64,000 nucleotides of DNA from Sulfurimonas sp. (GTDB lineage: Bacteria > Campylobacterota > Campylobacteria > Campylobacterales > Sulfurimonadaceae). A program made the position numbers and the translations under genes. Numbering within the stretch: the first letter of the stretch is position 1; each line of letters begins with the position of its first letter. Below the pieces are notes generated by a model. The model saw only the letters and a list, made by a program, of their open reading frames with translations. It did not search any database and was not told the origin of the DNA. Location: positions 4,677 through 68,676 of the forward strand of contig JALWTK010000046.1 of NCBI GenBank assembly GCA_027082875.1. Reading direction: 5' to 3'. Positions 9,000-19,334 of the stretch are shown here, in pieces.

Positions 9000-9776
9000 A
9001 TGGCTAAGAATAAATGTCCTGAATGTGAAGAGTGTCTTCCCGCTTGGCTAGCAGCATTTGGAGACCTTATGTCTCTACTCTTGTGTTTCTTCGTTCTACT
9101 TCTCTCTATGAGTTCTATGGATGCAAAAAAAGTTTCAGAAGCTATTGGATCTCTCTCTGGTGCGATGAGTGTACTTGAGGGTGGAACAAAAACAGAAATC
9201 TCTTCTCAGCGTATTCAAGAATCAACTCCTATTGAGTCTCAGGATGAGACAAGTGATACAGTAAATCGTGTAAAACAAGCGGCAGGTGATGCTAATGAGA
9301 TGATGGAAAAGAGTGAAGGACCTACTATTACAGTAGAAGAAGCTCAGGATGGTTTTGTTATTAAACTTCCTGCAGCACTTCTTTTTAAGCCAGATAGTGC
9401 GACTATTGAGAACCAAGATGCTCTGCTTTTTCTTAAACGAATGGCTCTTATTGTAGAGGAGTTACCTAAAGATATGCAAGTAAGTGTACAGGGCTATACG
9501 GACAATACAAACCCTAGTGCAAATAGTATTTTTAAAGATAACTGGGAACTTTCAACTGCACGTGCTATCTCTGTTCTTCATGAGCTAGTTCTTGATGGTG
9601 TTGATCCTTCTCGAATGAGTGCCGCTGGCTTTGCTCAGTATAATCCTGTTGCTACAAATGTTACAAAAACAGGACGTGCAAAAAACCGTAGAGTTGAACT
9701 TCATTTTTATGGTAAGAAGAACGAGAAAGATGCAAAAGCAAACTTGTCTGTTTTAGATAAGGCTGCAGCAAAATAA
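9000..9776 (+). CDS. motB: Flagellar stator B subunit (PomB/MotB family, OmpA-like domain)
   Basis: W..FGDLMSLLLCFFVLL TM motif; GYTD...NWELSTARA...NRRVE peptidoglycan-binding domain. Confidence 0.93.
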   Translation: MAKNKCPECEECLPAWLAAFGDLMSLLLCFFVLLLSMSSMDAKKVSEAIGSLSGAMSVLEGGTKTEISSQRIQESTPIESQDETSDTVNRVKQAAGDANEMMEKSEGPTITVEEAQDGFVIKLPAALLFKPDSATIENQDALLFLKRMALIVEELPKDMQVSVQGYTDNTNPSANSIFKDNWELSTARAISVLHELVLDGVDPSRMSAAGFAQYNPVATNVTKTGRAKNRRVELHFYGKKNEKDAKANLSVLDKAAAK

Positions 9777-10513
9777 TGTTAAAGTATCTATTCCTCTTCC
9801 TTACTTTAGGTTCTGCACTTTTTGCGGCAGAGAGTGTGACTATCCCGACTATGAGCTTTAATCTAGCTGCACCTCAAACTCCTCAGCAGTTAGTTTCTTC
9901 ACTTAATGTTTTAGTTGTATTAACACTGCTTTTTTTAGCACCATCTATGGTCTTAGTGATGACGACATTTACTCGTTTTATTATAGTATTTGGATTTTTA
10001 CGTCAGGCTATGGGAACACAGCAAGTTCCCCCTACACAACTCTTAGTGATGCTTGCTATGATATTGACATTTTTTGTTATGGAACCAGTGGGTACAAAGG
10101 CCTATGATAATGGCATCAAACCCTATATAGCAGAAAAAATAGGTTATGAAGAAGCTTTTACAAGAACGGCTTTGCCATTCAAAAACTTTATGATTAGAAA
10201 TACAAGAGAGAAAGATTTAGCACTTTTTTTTCGTATACGCAAGATGCAAAATCCCCAATCGGTAGCAGATGTACCACTCTCAATCGTGATACCTGCATTT
10301 GTCATCAGTGAGATGAAAACAGCTTTTGAGATAGGTTTTTTAATATTTTTACCATTCTTGGTTATAGATATGGTTGTAGCATCTATACTGATGTCTATGG
10401 GTATGATGATGCTTCCACCTGTTATGATTTCCCTACCTTTTAAGGTACTTGTATTTGTACTTATAGATGGATGGAATTTACTTATAGGTAATCTTATTGC
10501 CTCGATAAAATAG
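9776..10513 (+). CDS. fliP: Flagellar export apparatus protein FliP
   Basis: TTFTRFIIVFGFLRQAMGTQQVPP, PAFVISEMKTAFEIGF, MMMLPPVMISLPFK. Confidence 0.97.
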   Translation: MLKYLFLFLTLGSALFAAESVTIPTMSFNLAAPQTPQQLVSSLNVLVVLTLLFLAPSMVLVMTTFTRFIIVFGFLRQAMGTQQVPPTQLLVMLAMILTFFVMEPVGTKAYDNGIKPYIAEKIGYEEAFTRTALPFKNFMIRNTREKDLALFFRIRKMQNPQSVADVPLSIVIPAFVISEMKTAFEIGFLIFLPFLVIDMVVASILMSMGMMMLPPVMISLPFKVLVFVLIDGWNLLIGNLIASIK

Positions 10514-10521
10514 GAGATAGT

Positions 10522-11634
10522 TTGGATTGTAAACATTTTGGAGAGTGTGGTGCTTGTGTAGTTTTTGATAAGGGTTATGAAGGCCAATTAGAGGATAAAA
10601 TAGCTCTTAATAAAGAGCGATTCTCAAAGTTTTTTGATGGTGATATCTCTATTTCTCGTTCCCCTGATGCTCACTACCGTTCTCGTAGTGAGTTTAAACT
10701 CTGGCATGATGGTGATGATATTCACTATGCGATGAACAATGCTACAAAAGATGGTGTTATCTTTGTAGGAGAGTGTCCACAAGTAAATGAGTACATAGCC
10801 TCTTTGATGCCAAAGCTTTTAGTCGAGATAAAAAGACACGCTATAGGTTTTAAACTTTTTGGAGTGGATTTTTTAAGCTCTAGTAGTGGTGAGATAGTTA
10901 TCTCCATGCTTTACCATAGAAGACTTGATTCTGAGTGGGAAGAGAAAGCGAAGCTTATCTCTGAGGCTCTTGATATTTACATCATAGGAAGAAGTCGTAA
11001 ACAAAAAGTAATTATTGGACAGGATTATATTACTGAGACACTTACTATTAAAGGGAGTGAGTATAAATTCCACCATATAGAAAATAGTTTCACCCAGCCA
11101 AACGCAAGAGTAAACGAGCAGATGGTAACATGGGCTATAGAACAGTTCTCAGATGCGAGTGGTGATCTTCTCGAACTCTATTGTGGTGCGGGAAACTTTA
11201 CTATACCTTTTGCTAAAATTTTTAACAAGGTATTAGCTACAGAGATATCTAAGTCCTCCATAAATGCAGCAAGAGCAAACATGCAACTTAATGATGTAGA
11301 AAATATTGAGTTTTTACGTATGGATGTTGAAGACTTTGTAGGTGCACTTGATGGCATTCGCGAATATAGACGCATGAAAGATGTAGATATAGAGAGTTAT
11401 GAGATTAAGAGTATCTTTGTTGATCCTCCTCGAAGTGGCATGGATGAGAGATCTTGTCTTTTTGCTTCGCGTTATGAGCATATAGTCTATATCTCATGTA
11501 ATCCTGAGACATTAGTGAGAGACCTCGAGATACTCTCTAAAACACACGATATAATCCAAATGGCAATCTTTGATCAGTTTCCATATACACACCATGTAGA
11601 GATGGGTGTCAAATTACTAAAAAAAGGCTTATAA
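10522..11634 (+). CDS. trmA: tRNA (uracil-5-)-methyltransferase
   Basis: HYRSRSEF, SFTQPN, LLELYCGAGNF, VDPPRSG, YISCNPETL, FDQFPYTHHVE. Confidence 0.93.
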   Translation: MDCKHFGECGACVVFDKGYEGQLEDKIALNKERFSKFFDGDISISRSPDAHYRSRSEFKLWHDGDDIHYAMNNATKDGVIFVGECPQVNEYIASLMPKLLVEIKRHAIGFKLFGVDFLSSSSGEIVISMLYHRRLDSEWEEKAKLISEALDIYIIGRSRKQKVIIGQDYITETLTIKGSEYKFHHIENSFTQPNARVNEQMVTWAIEQFSDASGDLLELYCGAGNFTIPFAKIFNKVLATEISKSSINAARANMQLNDVENIEFLRMDVEDFVGALDGIREYRRMKDVDIESYEIKSIFVDPPRSGMDERSCLFASRYEHIVYISCNPETLVRDLEILSKTHDIIQMAIFDQFPYTHHVEMGVKLLKKGL

Positions 11635-12215
11635 TGAAACAGATATTTACACTTTTTTTTCTTCTTACCCTAGTAGTACATGCAGGTGAGATACAGAGAT
11701 TAGAGTCTATGGTAAGTGATATAGATAAAATAAAAAATGATTTACAGCAAGAAAAAGATAAAAATAGAGTTTTAAATAAAAAGTTAGAATTCTACTCAAA
11801 TAAAATAAAAAATTTGAATAATCAAATAAGTATATTAAAAAGTAAAATTAAATCAAATAAAATGGTTAAAAAAATAGTAAAAGTAGAAAAAAAGTGTTCT
11901 TTGAATAATCAAATAAAAGAAGAAAATAATCCATTTCCTTCTTTAGTGATGAAAAAGAAGTATAAAAATGATTATGATGTTCGTTATGTTAAAGCAAGCT
12001 CTTTTCGTACAAATGGTCAAGTTAAAATATATGATAGTATCGATGGATCAGCCATAGCTGTTTGGAATGATAAAACTTCTTTTACCTCAAATCAAAGGGC
12101 TGGAAAGTGGATAAAAATTACTGGTCTTTTTGTAAATAAAATTTGGCAACCTGCAGGGCAAGAGCTTTGGGTAAAAAGCTGTGATGTTCTGAATCGTACA
12201 CAGGTAAGTGAGTAA
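11634..12215 (+). CDS. Hypothetical exported coiled-coil protein
   Basis: Signal-peptide-like N-terminus, Lys-rich coiled coil; overlaps both neighbours by 1 nt. Confidence 0.7.
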   Translation: MKQIFTLFFLLTLVVHAGEIQRLESMVSDIDKIKNDLQQEKDKNRVLNKKLEFYSNKIKNLNNQISILKSKIKSNKMVKKIVKVEKKCSLNNQIKEENNPFPSLVMKKKYKNDYDVRYVKASSFRTNGQVKIYDSIDGSAIAVWNDKTSFTSNQRAGKWIKITGLFVNKIWQPAGQELWVKSCDVLNRTQVSE

Positions 12216-13621
12216 TGAAAAAAGTACTTATAATAAGTGGTGGAGATGTTGGCACACATTTTATTCGACGTGTCAATGAAACATATACGAGTGAAAATAT
12301 TTATTATGTAGTACAAACAAAAGCGGTGGAATTTTTAGATATAAACCCTGCACGTTTTAAGTTCTATGAGTTTGATCCTACAAGTCTTTATAAGTTGGCA
12401 AATCTTTTGAAAATGGAGTTTATCCAAGTTATTATCGCTATGGAGTCTCAGATTGAGATAGAAAACACTATTAAAAATATCCGTACTATAAAAAAACAGC
12501 TTCGGATAATAGTCCTCAACAATGCGACTCTTAAAAATGAAGATGCCAATGTTGTGCTTGTCAATACAAAGGAGTTAATTGCCTCACGTTTACTTGACTA
12601 TCTCCCTAATGTTCCAGTTATTGCACAAAATGTTGGAATAGGTGAGGGTGAGATAATGGAGGTTCTTGTTCCCTTTGGAAGCTCTTTTATCTACCGCCAT
12701 ATTGGAGCTATTGCACAAAAAAATTGGCGTATAGTTGCTATATATAGAAATCGTAAACTGATTATGCCTTCACGAAGAAAGATGATTCAGCCTAATGACC
12801 TCTTGGTTTTAGTGGGTGATCCGACTGTACTAAAGTCGGTATATCGCTCAATTAAACGCGAACTAGGGCAGTTTCCTGAGCCTTTTGGAACAAATTTACT
12901 ACTCTATATAGATATGGATATTGTCAATCATAAAACAATAAAAGAGGCTGTTCGTAGAGCAGTGTATGTACATAAAAAGTTTAAGCATAACCTCATAATA
13001 AAAGTAACAAATCCTTCAAATATAGAAGTATTGCAGTATATTAAAAGTTTTAGAGAGCTTAATGTCACAGTTGACATTGACTATAGTAGTGTGGATTTAA
13101 AAGAAAATTTTCTTAAGGATATAAAGAGATATCATATTGGTCTTGTTATCATAACAAAGGAGATGTTTAGTGACTGTTATGTCAGAAAAGCGATGTATGA
13201 AGCACATGTGCCTGTGCTTAAACTTTCTGATAAACGTTTTTCTACACTCAAAGATGCTGGAATGATACTCTCTAACAATAGAGATTTGGAAAAGATCTCA
13301 GCTACTATTTTTGATATCTCCGAGCAGATGGGTTTTCATATAGAAATCTATAACTATATGCAGGAACATCAAGATGAAAAAGAGCAGGTAATGGAACATT
13401 ACTATAACCTTTCGACAATCTTTTCAAAAAATATTAAAGAGTATAAAGAACAAGAAAATCCTATCTCAAAACTCAAGAAAAAAGAGAACTTTATACAACT
13501 TTTACCATTTACGAAAAAACTTACTGCACGACGATTCTATTCGCTTTTCTCGACTGATAGTGAGAAGCTTTACTACAAGCTAGATGAATATCATCAAATT
13601 TTTATACCTGTGCAGCTCTGA
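12215..13621 (+). CDS. COG3400-family TrkA-C domain protein
   Basis: FDPTS, GEIMEV.VPFGSSF.YRHI, QKNWRIVAIYR; typical position upstream of aroB in Campylobacterota. Confidence 0.8.
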   Translation: MKKVLIISGGDVGTHFIRRVNETYTSENIYYVVQTKAVEFLDINPARFKFYEFDPTSLYKLANLLKMEFIQVIIAMESQIEIENTIKNIRTIKKQLRIIVLNNATLKNEDANVVLVNTKELIASRLLDYLPNVPVIAQNVGIGEGEIMEVLVPFGSSFIYRHIGAIAQKNWRIVAIYRNRKLIMPSRRKMIQPNDLLVLVGDPTVLKSVYRSIKRELGQFPEPFGTNLLLYIDMDIVNHKTIKEAVRRAVYVHKKFKHNLIIKVTNPSNIEVLQYIKSFRELNVTVDIDYSSVDLKENFLKDIKRYHIGLVIITKEMFSDCYVRKAMYEAHVPVLKLSDKRFSTLKDAGMILSNNRDLEKISATIFDISEQMGFHIEIYNYMQEHQDEKEQVMEHYYNLSTIFSKNIKEYKEQENPISKLKKKENFIQLLPFTKKLTARRFYSLFSTDSEKLYYKLDEYHQIFIPVQL

Positions 13622-13681
13622 TTTAGTATAATCTTAGCAAAAATTTAGTATTATCTATCATATTATAAATTTGGATAGATA

Positions 13682-14731
13682 ATGCAAGTAAACATCCCTC
13701 TCAAGCAAGTTATTGACAACTCATACAACATCACTATTGACACTATTACACCTGTACACTTTGATAGCAAAGTGGCTATTATTACTAACCCAAAGGTAGC
13801 TGGATTACATCTTGGGTATCTGCTCTCTAAACTTACAGCAAAAGAGCTTTATATTATCACCATCCCTGATGGTGAAGAGTATAAAAACAAAGAGTCAGTT
13901 GATCTAATATTAGAGTCTCTTTTTAATCATAAGTTCAACCGTAAGTCTATGCTTATTGCATTTGGTGGTGGTGTTATTGGTGATATGACAGGGTATGTGG
14001 CGAGTATTTACCAACGTGGTATTAGCTTCACACAAATTCCTACTACACTTCTCTCTCAAGTAGATGCAAGTGTTGGTGGTAAAACAGGGATGAATAATAG
14101 CTATGGAAAAAATCTTATAGGTGCTTTTCATCAGCCAAAAGCAGTGCTTATTGACCCTTACTTTTTAACTACACTCCCTGCTCGTGAGTTTGGTGCTGGT
14201 GTAGCAGAGATAGTGAAAATGGCTATAACTTTTAACAAAGAGTTCTTTGAGTTTTTAGAGAGTGCTGATCTTAAAGATCCAGAAATACTTCAAGAAGCGA
14301 TAAAACAAGCAGTACAGACAAAAGCAGATGTTGTAGCACAGGATGAAAAAGAGCAGGGGATACGAGCGGCTCTTAACTATGGACATACTTTTGGGCATGT
14401 CATTGAAAATGAGACTAAGTATAAACACTATCTTCATGGTGAAGCTGTTGCTATAGGGATGGTAATGGCGAATGAAACTGCTGTCGCTATGGGCCTGATG
14501 AGTGGAGAAGAAGCTAAACGTATTAAACTATTTTTAGAAAAATATAATCTCCCAACAACTTATGCAATATCTGATACGAACTCTTTTTATGAAACATTTT
14601 TCTTAGACAAAAAGAGTTCTGATGCGACTATTACTTTTATCATTCCTGTTGGTATCGGTGGGGTAGAAATTACAGATAGCTGTGATAAAGAGCTAGTTCT
14701 TTCTGTCCTTAATAGCTTCAAGGCTCTATAG
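13682..14731 (+). CDS. aroB: 3-dehydroquinate synthase
   Basis: GGGVIGDMTG, PTTLLSQVDASVGGKTG, LNYGHTFGH. Confidence 0.97.
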   Translation: MQVNIPLKQVIDNSYNITIDTITPVHFDSKVAIITNPKVAGLHLGYLLSKLTAKELYIITIPDGEEYKNKESVDLILESLFNHKFNRKSMLIAFGGGVIGDMTGYVASIYQRGISFTQIPTTLLSQVDASVGGKTGMNNSYGKNLIGAFHQPKAVLIDPYFLTTLPAREFGAGVAEIVKMAITFNKEFFEFLESADLKDPEILQEAIKQAVQTKADVVAQDEKEQGIRAALNYGHTFGHVIENETKYKHYLHGEAVAIGMVMANETAVAMGLMSGEEAKRIKLFLEKYNLPTTYAISDTNSFYETFFLDKKSSDATITFIIPVGIGGVEITDSCDKELVLSVLNSFKAL

Positions 14732-14732
14732 T

Positions 14733-16439
14733 ATGCAGTCCCAACTGGTAAGATTTTTTCTGCTATTTCTTTTTACTGTTAGTGTCGTAAATGCTACACA
14801 AACTCTTACTACTCCCTCCATAGAGTTAAATACAACACTAAGTAGTGAAGAACTTGCTGAGATACAGAGAGTCAAAGAAGAACAAGCGGTAGAGCAGAAG
14901 AAAAAAGAAGCTGAGTTGGCGAGAAAAAAACAGATAGCACTTTATGAGTCACAGCTTGAGAGTTTAGAGAAAGAACTTTCTCAAGAAAATACATGGCTAA
15001 AAAGTTATGCTTCTTACCTGACATCTTTAGAAGTACGAACAAGTCTGAAGAAAATAGAAAAACGTATAAAATATCTTACAAGACATGCAAAAAGCATTAG
15101 TCAAAAAGATGAGTTAAATGCACTAACTTCTAAGGCTACTATCTTATCTTCTCAAGTGAATAAGCTCAAAGGAAAAAATGCTGCACCTTTTGCAAAGTTA
15201 ATTACACCACCAAATATAGGTGATGTAGATAAAATTACAAACCCTTTTGATATTTTTACAGGTTATTCCGCAATTAAAACACTCAATGCAAATTTTGAAG
15301 ACTATAAGCTTAAACGCGAAGACTTAATGAACTTGATCGTCTTACTTCGTAAAGAAAACGAAATTTATAAAGAGTTAGAGAGCTTAGATACCTCAAATAA
15401 ATTTACAGAGATAGCAAAACAGAAACAAGTTCAGTTAGAACGTTTTGAAACGGCACTAGATACTATAAATGTTACCTTAGAAGTGTATCAACGGCGTTTA
15501 GAAATTGCAGAGATAAATATAAATAAGGGAATTGAAAAGCAGGTATATAGACTTATTCGTATAGGAACAGCAATTTTAGTGGTCTTTTTTATCTTCTTTT
15601 TATTTAAACTTGTTGTCAAAAAATACATCACAGATAATGAACGTTTTTATATGGCAAATAAGTTTATTACCTTTGCTAACTTTACTATTATTATCCTTAT
15701 TCTCTTTTTTAACTATATTGAGAATGCCGCTTACTTAGTCACTATTCTCGGGTTTGCTTCTGCCGGTATCGCTATTGCCATGAAAGATTGGTTTATGTCT
15801 ATTCTTGGATGGCTTGTCATCGTTTTTGGTGGAAGTATTCATGTTGGTGATAGAATCCGTGTAGATATGGATGGAATGAAGTATGTTGGAGATGTTATGG
15901 ATATTTCACTACTTCGTATTACTATTTTAGAAGATATTACACTTACTTCTATCCGCAGTAATCGTCGTGCGGGTCGTATTATGTTTATACCAAATAACTA
16001 TGTTTTTACTCGTATGATTGCTAACTACACACATAACTCACTCAAGACTGTGTGGGATGGTGTGAAGATTACTATTACCTTTGACTCTAACCATAAAAAG
16101 GCGATGCATATTGCTAAAGAGGTGACAAAAAAATTCTCTAAAGGGTATACGGACATTACTCGTAAACAGCTTAATAAACTTCGCCAGCATTATAGTCTGA
16201 AAAATACAAATGTTGAGCCAAGAATATTCTCTTTTATCGAGTCTAACGGTATGGATATAGAAGCTTGGTATCTTACAAATGCTTATGCAACTTTGACACT
16301 AAGAAGTGTAATTTCCACCGAGATAGTAGATGCCTTTAATGCTGAGGATGACATAACTATAGCATACCCAACACAAAAGCTTTATGTAGAAAAACAAGAG
16401 GCGATGAAACCACCTTTTGATGAGAAGGAGTTAGTCTAA
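14733..16439 (+). CDS. MscS-family mechanosensitive channel with large periplasmic coiled coil
   Basis: LGFASAGIAIAMKD, GDRIRV, IFIPNN-like motif. Confidence 0.88.
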   Translation: MQSQLVRFFLLFLFTVSVVNATQTLTTPSIELNTTLSSEELAEIQRVKEEQAVEQKKKEAELARKKQIALYESQLESLEKELSQENTWLKSYASYLTSLEVRTSLKKIEKRIKYLTRHAKSISQKDELNALTSKATILSSQVNKLKGKNAAPFAKLITPPNIGDVDKITNPFDIFTGYSAIKTLNANFEDYKLKREDLMNLIVLLRKENEIYKELESLDTSNKFTEIAKQKQVQLERFETALDTINVTLEVYQRRLEIAEININKGIEKQVYRLIRIGTAILVVFFIFFLFKLVVKKYITDNERFYMANKFITFANFTIIILILFFNYIENAAYLVTILGFASAGIAIAMKDWFMSILGWLVIVFGGSIHVGDRIRVDMDGMKYVGDVMDISLLRITILEDITLTSIRSNRRAGRIMFIPNNYVFTRMIANYTHNSLKTVWDGVKITITFDSNHKKAMHIAKEVTKKFSKGYTDITRKQLNKLRQHYSLKNTNVEPRIFSFIESNGMDIEAWYLTNAYATLTLRSVISTEIVDAFNAEDDITIAYPTQKLYVEKQEAMKPPFDEKELV

Positions 16440-17695
16440 TGCAAGTAAAGAAAAAAGTCTTTTTTAAAACCTTTGGCTGTAGAACAAATATCTATGACTC
16501 ACAGGTAATGATGTCAAGCATGGCAGACTACGAAGTAACAGAGAATGAAGGTGAGGCAGATGCTATAGTCATAAACTCATGTACTGTGACAAATGGGGCC
16601 GATACTCATGTGCGTTCATATATCTCTGGTGTGGAGAAGTCTCAAAGCGGGGCAAAGCTCTTTTTAACTGGATGTGGAGCACACACTAAAGGAGAATCCC
16701 TTCTTAAAGAGGGTCGTATCCATGGTGTTTTTGGTCAGAGTGAAAAAGAGAAGATAGATACACTACTTAAAAAAGAACAGCCTTTTTATGACCCGGGTGA
16801 TCTTAATCATATAGATGATGTGATAGTGGATGATTTTGTTGGAAAGAGTCGTGCCTTTATTAAGATACAGGAGGGATGTAACTTCCGTTGTTCTTACTGC
16901 ATCATTCCCTTTGTTCGTGGTGATGCAAGAAGTATGAGCGAAGAGAAGATACTTGAACAGATACAGCGTTTAGCACTCAATGGTTTTGGTGAGTTTATCC
17001 TAACGGGAACAAATGTTGGCTCTTATGGGCAGGACACCAAAACATCTTTAGCAAAACTTATGAAAAAAATGAGTCAGATTCGTGGTGTTCGCCGTATTCG
17101 TCTTGGAAGTGTAGAACCTATCCAAATAACAGATGAGTTCAAAGAGATACTTGGTGAACTATGGATGGAGAAGCATATGCACATAGCACTCCAGCACACT
17201 TCTCCAACAATGCTCAAACTTATGAATAGACGCAATGTGTATAAGCAAGATAGAGAACTTTTTGAGTTACTAGCAGATAAAGGCTATGCAATAGGAACAG
17301 ACTTTATAACAGGGCATCCTGGTGAGAGTGAAGAGTTATGGCTAGAGGGGATGAGAAATGCTAGAGATTTACCACTTACTCACCTGCATGCTTTTACCTA
17401 CTCTAAACGCGATGGTACCCCCTCCTCAACTATGAAACCAGAAGTTAATGGTAAGATAGCAAAACAGAGACTACATGAGATTCAAGATCTTATTGATATT
17501 AAAAACTATGAATTTAGAAAGGCGGTAACAGGAGAACTTGAAGTCTTAGTAGAATCACAGAATAATGGGCTTTATCATGGATTTGACCAGTATTTTAACA
17601 AAATAATTATTGACTCAAAAGAAGATTTAATTGGGAACTGGGTTACGGTAAGTGACTACAGTGTTAAAGAGGAGTGTAATTATGCTCAACTCTAA
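16439..17695 (+). CDS. mtaB: tRNA t6A37 methylthiotransferase MtaB
   Basis: TFGCRTN, INSCTVT, radical-SAM CNFRCSYC. Confidence 0.92.
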   Translation: MQVKKKVFFKTFGCRTNIYDSQVMMSSMADYEVTENEGEADAIVINSCTVTNGADTHVRSYISGVEKSQSGAKLFLTGCGAHTKGESLLKEGRIHGVFGQSEKEKIDTLLKKEQPFYDPGDLNHIDDVIVDDFVGKSRAFIKIQEGCNFRCSYCIIPFVRGDARSMSEEKILEQIQRLALNGFGEFILTGTNVGSYGQDTKTSLAKLMKKMSQIRGVRRIRLGSVEPIQITDEFKEILGELWMEKHMHIALQHTSPTMLKLMNRRNVYKQDRELFELLADKGYAIGTDFITGHPGESEELWLEGMRNARDLPLTHLHAFTYSKRDGTPSSTMKPEVNGKIAKQRLHEIQDLIDIKNYEFRKAVTGELEVLVESQNNGLYHGFDQYFNKIIIDSKEDLIGNWVTVSDYSVKEECNYAQL

Positions 17696-19334
17696 AACAA
17701 ATCGAGTAGCACTTTATATCTCAGCTACGATTATCATAATGCTGATACTTTTTGCACTGCTTCGTGATAATGCGCACTCCGTTACTTTAAGGGAAGCCAA
17801 TACTATGCTTCAAGAAAAGAGTGTAAAAAAAGTTATTGCAACCAAAGAGTATGTCTATCTTAAAACTGCACATGGTGTCTTTAAGATAGCCTCTTCACAA
17901 GTAAGTCCTAAAATGTTTATTAACCAGAAGGTAGAAGTTGGTGGAGACTCAAATGCTCTTATCTATATACTTTTTGCTATTCTACTTTTAGGTTTACTCT
18001 CCTTAGCACTAAGATGGTGGCAAAAAAAAGAGGGACTTACTTTTTCTACACAAGGTATCTCAAAAGAGAATAGTACAGGTTCAGTTGCTAGTGATACAAG
18101 TCTCATAGAAGCCACAAAAAGTGATGTCTGTTTTGATGATATCGGTGGGATAAGTGATGTCAAAATTGAGCTTGAAGAGATCATCGACTTTATGAAAAAT
18201 CCTAAACGCTACAAAAGTTTTGGTGCTCATATGCCTCGTGGTGTTTTACTTGTAGGTCCTCCTGGTGTAGGTAAAACTATGATAGCCAAAGCTGTGGCAA
18301 ATGCAGCAGAGGTTCCTTTTTACTATCAAAGTGGTGCTTCATTTGTACAGATATATGTAGGAATGGGTGCAAAGAGAGTCCATGAGCTTTTTGCTGCAGC
18401 GAAGAAAAATGCTCCAAGTATCATCTTTATAGATGAGATAGATGCCGTTGGAAAAAAACGCGGTGGTGAAAGAAATGATGAACGAGAGGGCACACTTAAC
18501 CAACTTCTTACTGAAATGGATGGCTTTGAAGGCTCAAGTGGCGTTATCGTTGTGGCAGCTACAAACAAGATAGATGTTCTCGATGAAGCACTTTTGCGTG
18601 CTGGGCGTTTTGATAGACGTATCTTTGTAGAGTTACCTACTAAACGCGAAAGAGAGTCTATTTTAAGTAAGTACCTTACGAAAATTCCTCATGAGTTAGA
18701 TGTTAAAATAGTGGCAAATATGACAGTCGGATTCAATGGCGCTGCACTTGCTGCTCTTGTAAACGAAGCTGCACTTCTCTCTTTGCGTCAAAAAGCTTTT
18801 CATGTTACTATAGAGCATTTTTATGATGTAAAAGATAAGGTTATGTTTGGTAAGAAAAAGCTGCAGATGTTAAATGACAAGCAAAAAGAGTTTCGCATTA
18901 CTTATCAAGCTTCTAAAGTAGTAGTCGCTTCTTACTTTGACATACAGTTTGAAAAGTTAATGCTTTCCAATGAAAAACTGACACCAGCAAGTGATGAACC
19001 CTTTATCAAGCAGGAGTTAGAGGCACAGGTGATGATGCTTTTAGCGGGAACAGTTGGCTGTGACATCAAGTTCAAAGAGCATGCTAGTAGTGTGAAAGCT
19101 GACTTAGATGAGGCAAAAGAGGTAGTGGCGAAGATGTGTGAGAGTTACGGTATGGGCTCCTCTTTACTCCCTGATACAAGTGAGCAGAAGCATATCCTTG
19201 AAAAACTCTATAAAGAGTGTGACGCATTACTTATATCTCTCTCTAAAGTTACCAAGAGTGTAGAAGAGGTACTTCAAGAGAGAGAAAGTATTACAAAATC
19301 TGCTGTACAGAAGTTACTAGATGAAGTTCTTTAG
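17682..19334 (+). CDS. FtsH-like AAA+ ATPase, paralogue lacking the HExxH zinc motif
   Basis: GPPGVGKT Walker A, IFIDEIDA Walker B, ALLRAGRFDR; ATG at 17682 after GGAG (ORF track starts at 17652). Confidence 0.88.
   Translation: MLNSKTNRVALYISATIIIMLILFALLRDNAHSVTLREANTMLQEKSVKKVIATKEYVYLKTAHGVFKIASSQVSPKMFINQKVEVGGDSNALIYILFAILLLGLLSLALRWWQKKEGLTFSTQGISKENSTGSVASDTSLIEATKSDVCFDDIGGISDVKIELEEIIDFMKNPKRYKSFGAHMPRGVLLVGPPGVGKTMIAKAVANAAEVPFYYQSGASFVQIYVGMGAKRVHELFAAAKKNAPSIIFIDEIDAVGKKRGGERNDEREGTLNQLLTEMDGFEGSSGVIVVAATNKIDVLDEALLRAGRFDRRIFVELPTKRERESILSKYLTKIPHELDVKIVANMTVGFNGAALAALVNEAALLSLRQKAFHVTIEHFYDVKDKVMFGKKKLQMLNDKQKEFRITYQASKVVVASYFDIQFEKLMLSNEKLTPASDEPFIKQELEAQVMMLLAGTVGCDIKFKEHASSVKADLDEAKEVVAKMCESYGMGSSLLPDTSEQKHILEKLYKECDALLISLSKVTKSVEEVLQERESITKSAVQKLLDEVL

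Noticed and set aside
10224-10231. T8 tract in fliP as a phase-variation site
   Set aside because: A/T runs of 8 are common in this window and it encodes the conserved LFF; phase variation in this group mainly involves G/C tracts.
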